Positions 61,196 through 64,000 of a stretch of 64,000 bases of DNA are shown here, piece by piece. The notes below the pieces were generated by a model. That model was not told where the DNA came from. It was given only the letters and a program-made list of their open reading frames with translations, and did no database searches. The translations under genes and the position numbers were made by a program. Source of the stretch: Callorhinchus milii (Eukaryota). The number at the start of each line of letters is the position of its first letter. Within the stretch, counting starts at the first letter, position 1. The stretch is taken from NCBI RefSeq assembly GCF_018977255.1, contig NW_024704742.1:65102001-65166000 (forward strand), written 5' to 3'.

Positions 61196-62049
61196 AAACC
61201 AGACTAAGAGTTCTATGTATGTCACTTATGCAAAGGAATTAACCGTGTCTGGAATAGAATGCACATTCTCTCCCTAGAATTTCCTGCAAGCTTCCTAGCG
61301 ACCAGCACAGCTCAGCATGAAATGCATGAGAGTATTGCCATTATCTGCCTGCCCTAACATATTTTACTCTTCCAAAATAGACATGCATGGTTAATCGTGC
61401 AGAAAAACCCCGCCAAATTCAACTTATGAACAAAATAATAGAATCTAACGTGGATCAGTGGTGCACAGCAGTAAATCAACCATGAACACACATGTCATTT
61501 CCTTAATATATACTAGCTGTGGCCACCATTTAATCCACACAGTAAAACTGAATAAAGAGATGCAATTTGTTAGAACTTCTTATTGTGTACAAGAGTTCTG
61601 CTATATGTCAGGCTGTGAGTTCCTCTCTGAAAGTGATAAATCTCATGGAACCAGATCACATTTTGATCATTTAAAAACCATTCTGTGTTATTAAAAGTAA
61701 AACAAACTGGAAGATGCCAGGACTGAGCCCCATAGTTGTGTTGTTTTCTGATTTCAACTAGGATAGTAGGAAGAACACGATGATTGGCACTCATTGTCCC
61801 TGGGCCAGGTATGTGTGTGGTGGGGAGGGGGGTGGGGGTGCGGGAGGAATAGTCAATATTTGTGATCAGATTTTTATTTAGATGCTCGGACCAATGCTCT
61901 TCGACCAATTGGCTATAGACATAAGCCTGGACAAGTTCTAACTTTCTACAGTGCAGCACGGAGCCTTGGTGTGTTGTTAGATTCCCAATCGTCTATCTTA
62001 AGACCTATCATTGTGACCACATTTTCAGACATCTTCCTCCCTTCAACTA

Positions 62050-62430
62050 TCTTTTCAAAGAGTCGGCATAAACACGATGGGCTGAATGGCCTCCTTCTGT
62101 GCTGTATAATTCTAAAATTCTATGATCCCAGCGCCTGCTTCTTAGTCTGTTATGTAAAGCACTTTGAGATGTTTTTGTGACTTTTGACCTCACAGAGGTT
62201 TATAAAAGTTTAAATGGTAGTGAAAAAGTAAACCCAGATCAACACTTTTTAGGGCAATTTCAGGACAGATACCAGGAAGTTTTTCTTTATGCATAGGGTA
62301 ATCAATAACTGGATCAGGTTATCAGGAAAGGTGACAGGGCCAGGACACTGACTCCTTTAAAAAGCAGTTTGAAGGTGTGGTGGAAGCATGGTAGGTTGGA
62401 AGGATCAGATCGGATGGGACAATGCGGCTT
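62050..62430 (+). mobile_element. Two CR1 3' fragments
   Basis: GATGGGCTGAATGGCCTCC..ATTCTATGA terminus; RKFFF..RV..W remnants. Confidence 0.7.
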
Positions 62431-63540
62431 CTTTGGTTCAGATCCTACCTTTCACACCGTTTCCACTTTGCCTCTACAATCGGCTTCCCCTCCAGCCCCT
62501 GCACCATTCCGTGCAGAGTCCTCGGTCCTCTCCTCTTCAAAATCTACATGCTCCTTCTTGGTGATATCAACCGCAGACATGGGGTCAACGTCCACATGTA
62601 TGTGGAAGACACCCAACTCTATCTCTCTACCTCCACCATCGACTCCAGGACCACTGCTGTGCTGACAGAATGTCTGTTAGACATCAAGTCCTGGATGAGA
62701 GCTAACTTTCTACAGTTGAACGTCAACAAGACCGAGGTTTTCCTGACCGAGGCTCACCTCCTCACATCAAGCGCTGACAGCATCACCATCTAAGGATGCA
62801 CACTCCACCTTACTGAGCCTGTCCAGAATCTTGACGTCTTGTTTGACCATCAACTGTCCTTCCTACCCCACATCCTTACCATGACCTGCTCTGCCTTCCC
62901 CCACCTCCGCAACATCACTCGGCTCTGCCACTGCCTTTCCCTCAGGCCGCCGAAACCCTCATCCAAACATTTACTACATCTAGGCTCGACTACGCCAACT
63001 CCTTGCTTTTTGGCCTTCCCAACATCTCCCTCCATAGATTGTAGATCATCCAGAACTCTGCAGCCCGTGTCCTCTCCTGCACCAGACTCTGTGAGCCCAT
63101 CACCCCCATCCTCGCCCGGCTCCATTGGCTCCCTAGCCCCCAGAGGATAGAGTTCAAAATCCTCGTCCTTGCATTCAAAGCCCTCCATGGCCTTGCTACT
63201 TCCTATCTCTGTGACCTGCTAATGCCATATCAACCTGTCCGCTCCCTCCGCTCAATGGGATCTGGCCTGCTCCACATCCTCCGTCTGGCCCGCCCCACCA
63301 TCAGTGGTTGGGCCTTCAGCCTCTCTGCCCCCATTCTTTGGAACTCCATCCCACAGTCCCTTCACTTCGCTCCCGCCCTTGCCTCCTTAAAGGCACATCT
63401 CAAGACCCTCCTCTTTGACCGCGCTCTCGGCTATCCCCTACCCCTACCCTCCCTGCTCTCCACCCCTCCTGATCCCAACCCCCAGCTCGGATCCAGCACT
63501 TTGGGATGTCCTCCTGACGCAAAGACTGCTTGTTGTTGCT
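62430..63540 (+). mobile_element. L2 family A 3' fragment
   Basis: HMYVEDTQLY..WMRANFLQLNVNKTE; tail. Confidence 0.92.
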
Positions 63541-64000
63541 CTTCTTCTAAATCCAGACTGTACTTGTGATCCGTGATCTTGTGAAAGCAGGAAGATAATT
63601 GGAGGAGGTGAAAGGAGAGGAAAGAAAGAATGGGTTATAAACAGCTACATAAACAGCAAAATGACCAATAATTCCACCTCTAAAGGCTAGCGCAGTCTTT
63701 ACCCATGAACATTATATCCCCAGAGGGTTCAACAGGCAGACTGAAACTAAATTATAGTGAAGAACAGCAGGTGGCAGGAAATGAAGGGATAACCTTTAGA
63801 TGGTAAAATAAAGACAACTGAAAGGATTTTATATGTGGAGTTGTTCCACAACAGAACCAAAATTATTTAAACTTTTCCTTTTCTAACAAAAAACAACATT
63901 TTCACTTTATGAACCATATATTTTAACAATGTATTTGTTGCGAATACAAGAAAAATAATAATCCTTGCATTTGATATATCATGTGTTTGAGATGTCTCAA

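Overview
Vertebrate genomic DNA, most likely from a cartilaginous fish. This is inferred from the repeat content: L2 and CR1 LINE fragments, SacSINE1-like DeuSINEs and an abundant (ATT)n-tailed tRNA SINE; a holocephalan such as elephant shark is plausible but not proven. The only host gene I can support is the 5' end of FAM193A on the minus strand. It has a CpG-island promoter (~52.5-53.8 kb) with YY1, ZNF143 and NRF1-like sites, and a 48-codon first coding exon (52922-52779, MSPADAKRAKRRKNKRGGG...) ending at a phase-0 GT donor. Positions 1-52778 appear to be its first intron, since no recognisable exon 2 is present, and 53.8-64 kb is upstream sequence. Almost all ORFs in the track are decayed L2 reverse-transcriptase fragments, their antisense shadows or SINE noise. 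I found no new protein-coding system. The most interesting structure is in the mobile DNA: (i) a composite SINE whose internally deleted subfamily includes copies carrying exactly the 3' stem-loop loop of one of three co-resident L2 families; (ii) a 550-bp non-autonomous Helitron; (iii) an unclassified ~0.6-0.7 kb repeat present as five fragments; (iv) nested insertions with TSDs that give a relative chronology; (v) two perfect 20-21 bp fold-back hairpins. Family names come from recalled consensus sequences, not database searches, and repeat boundaries are approximate unless a TSD is cited.
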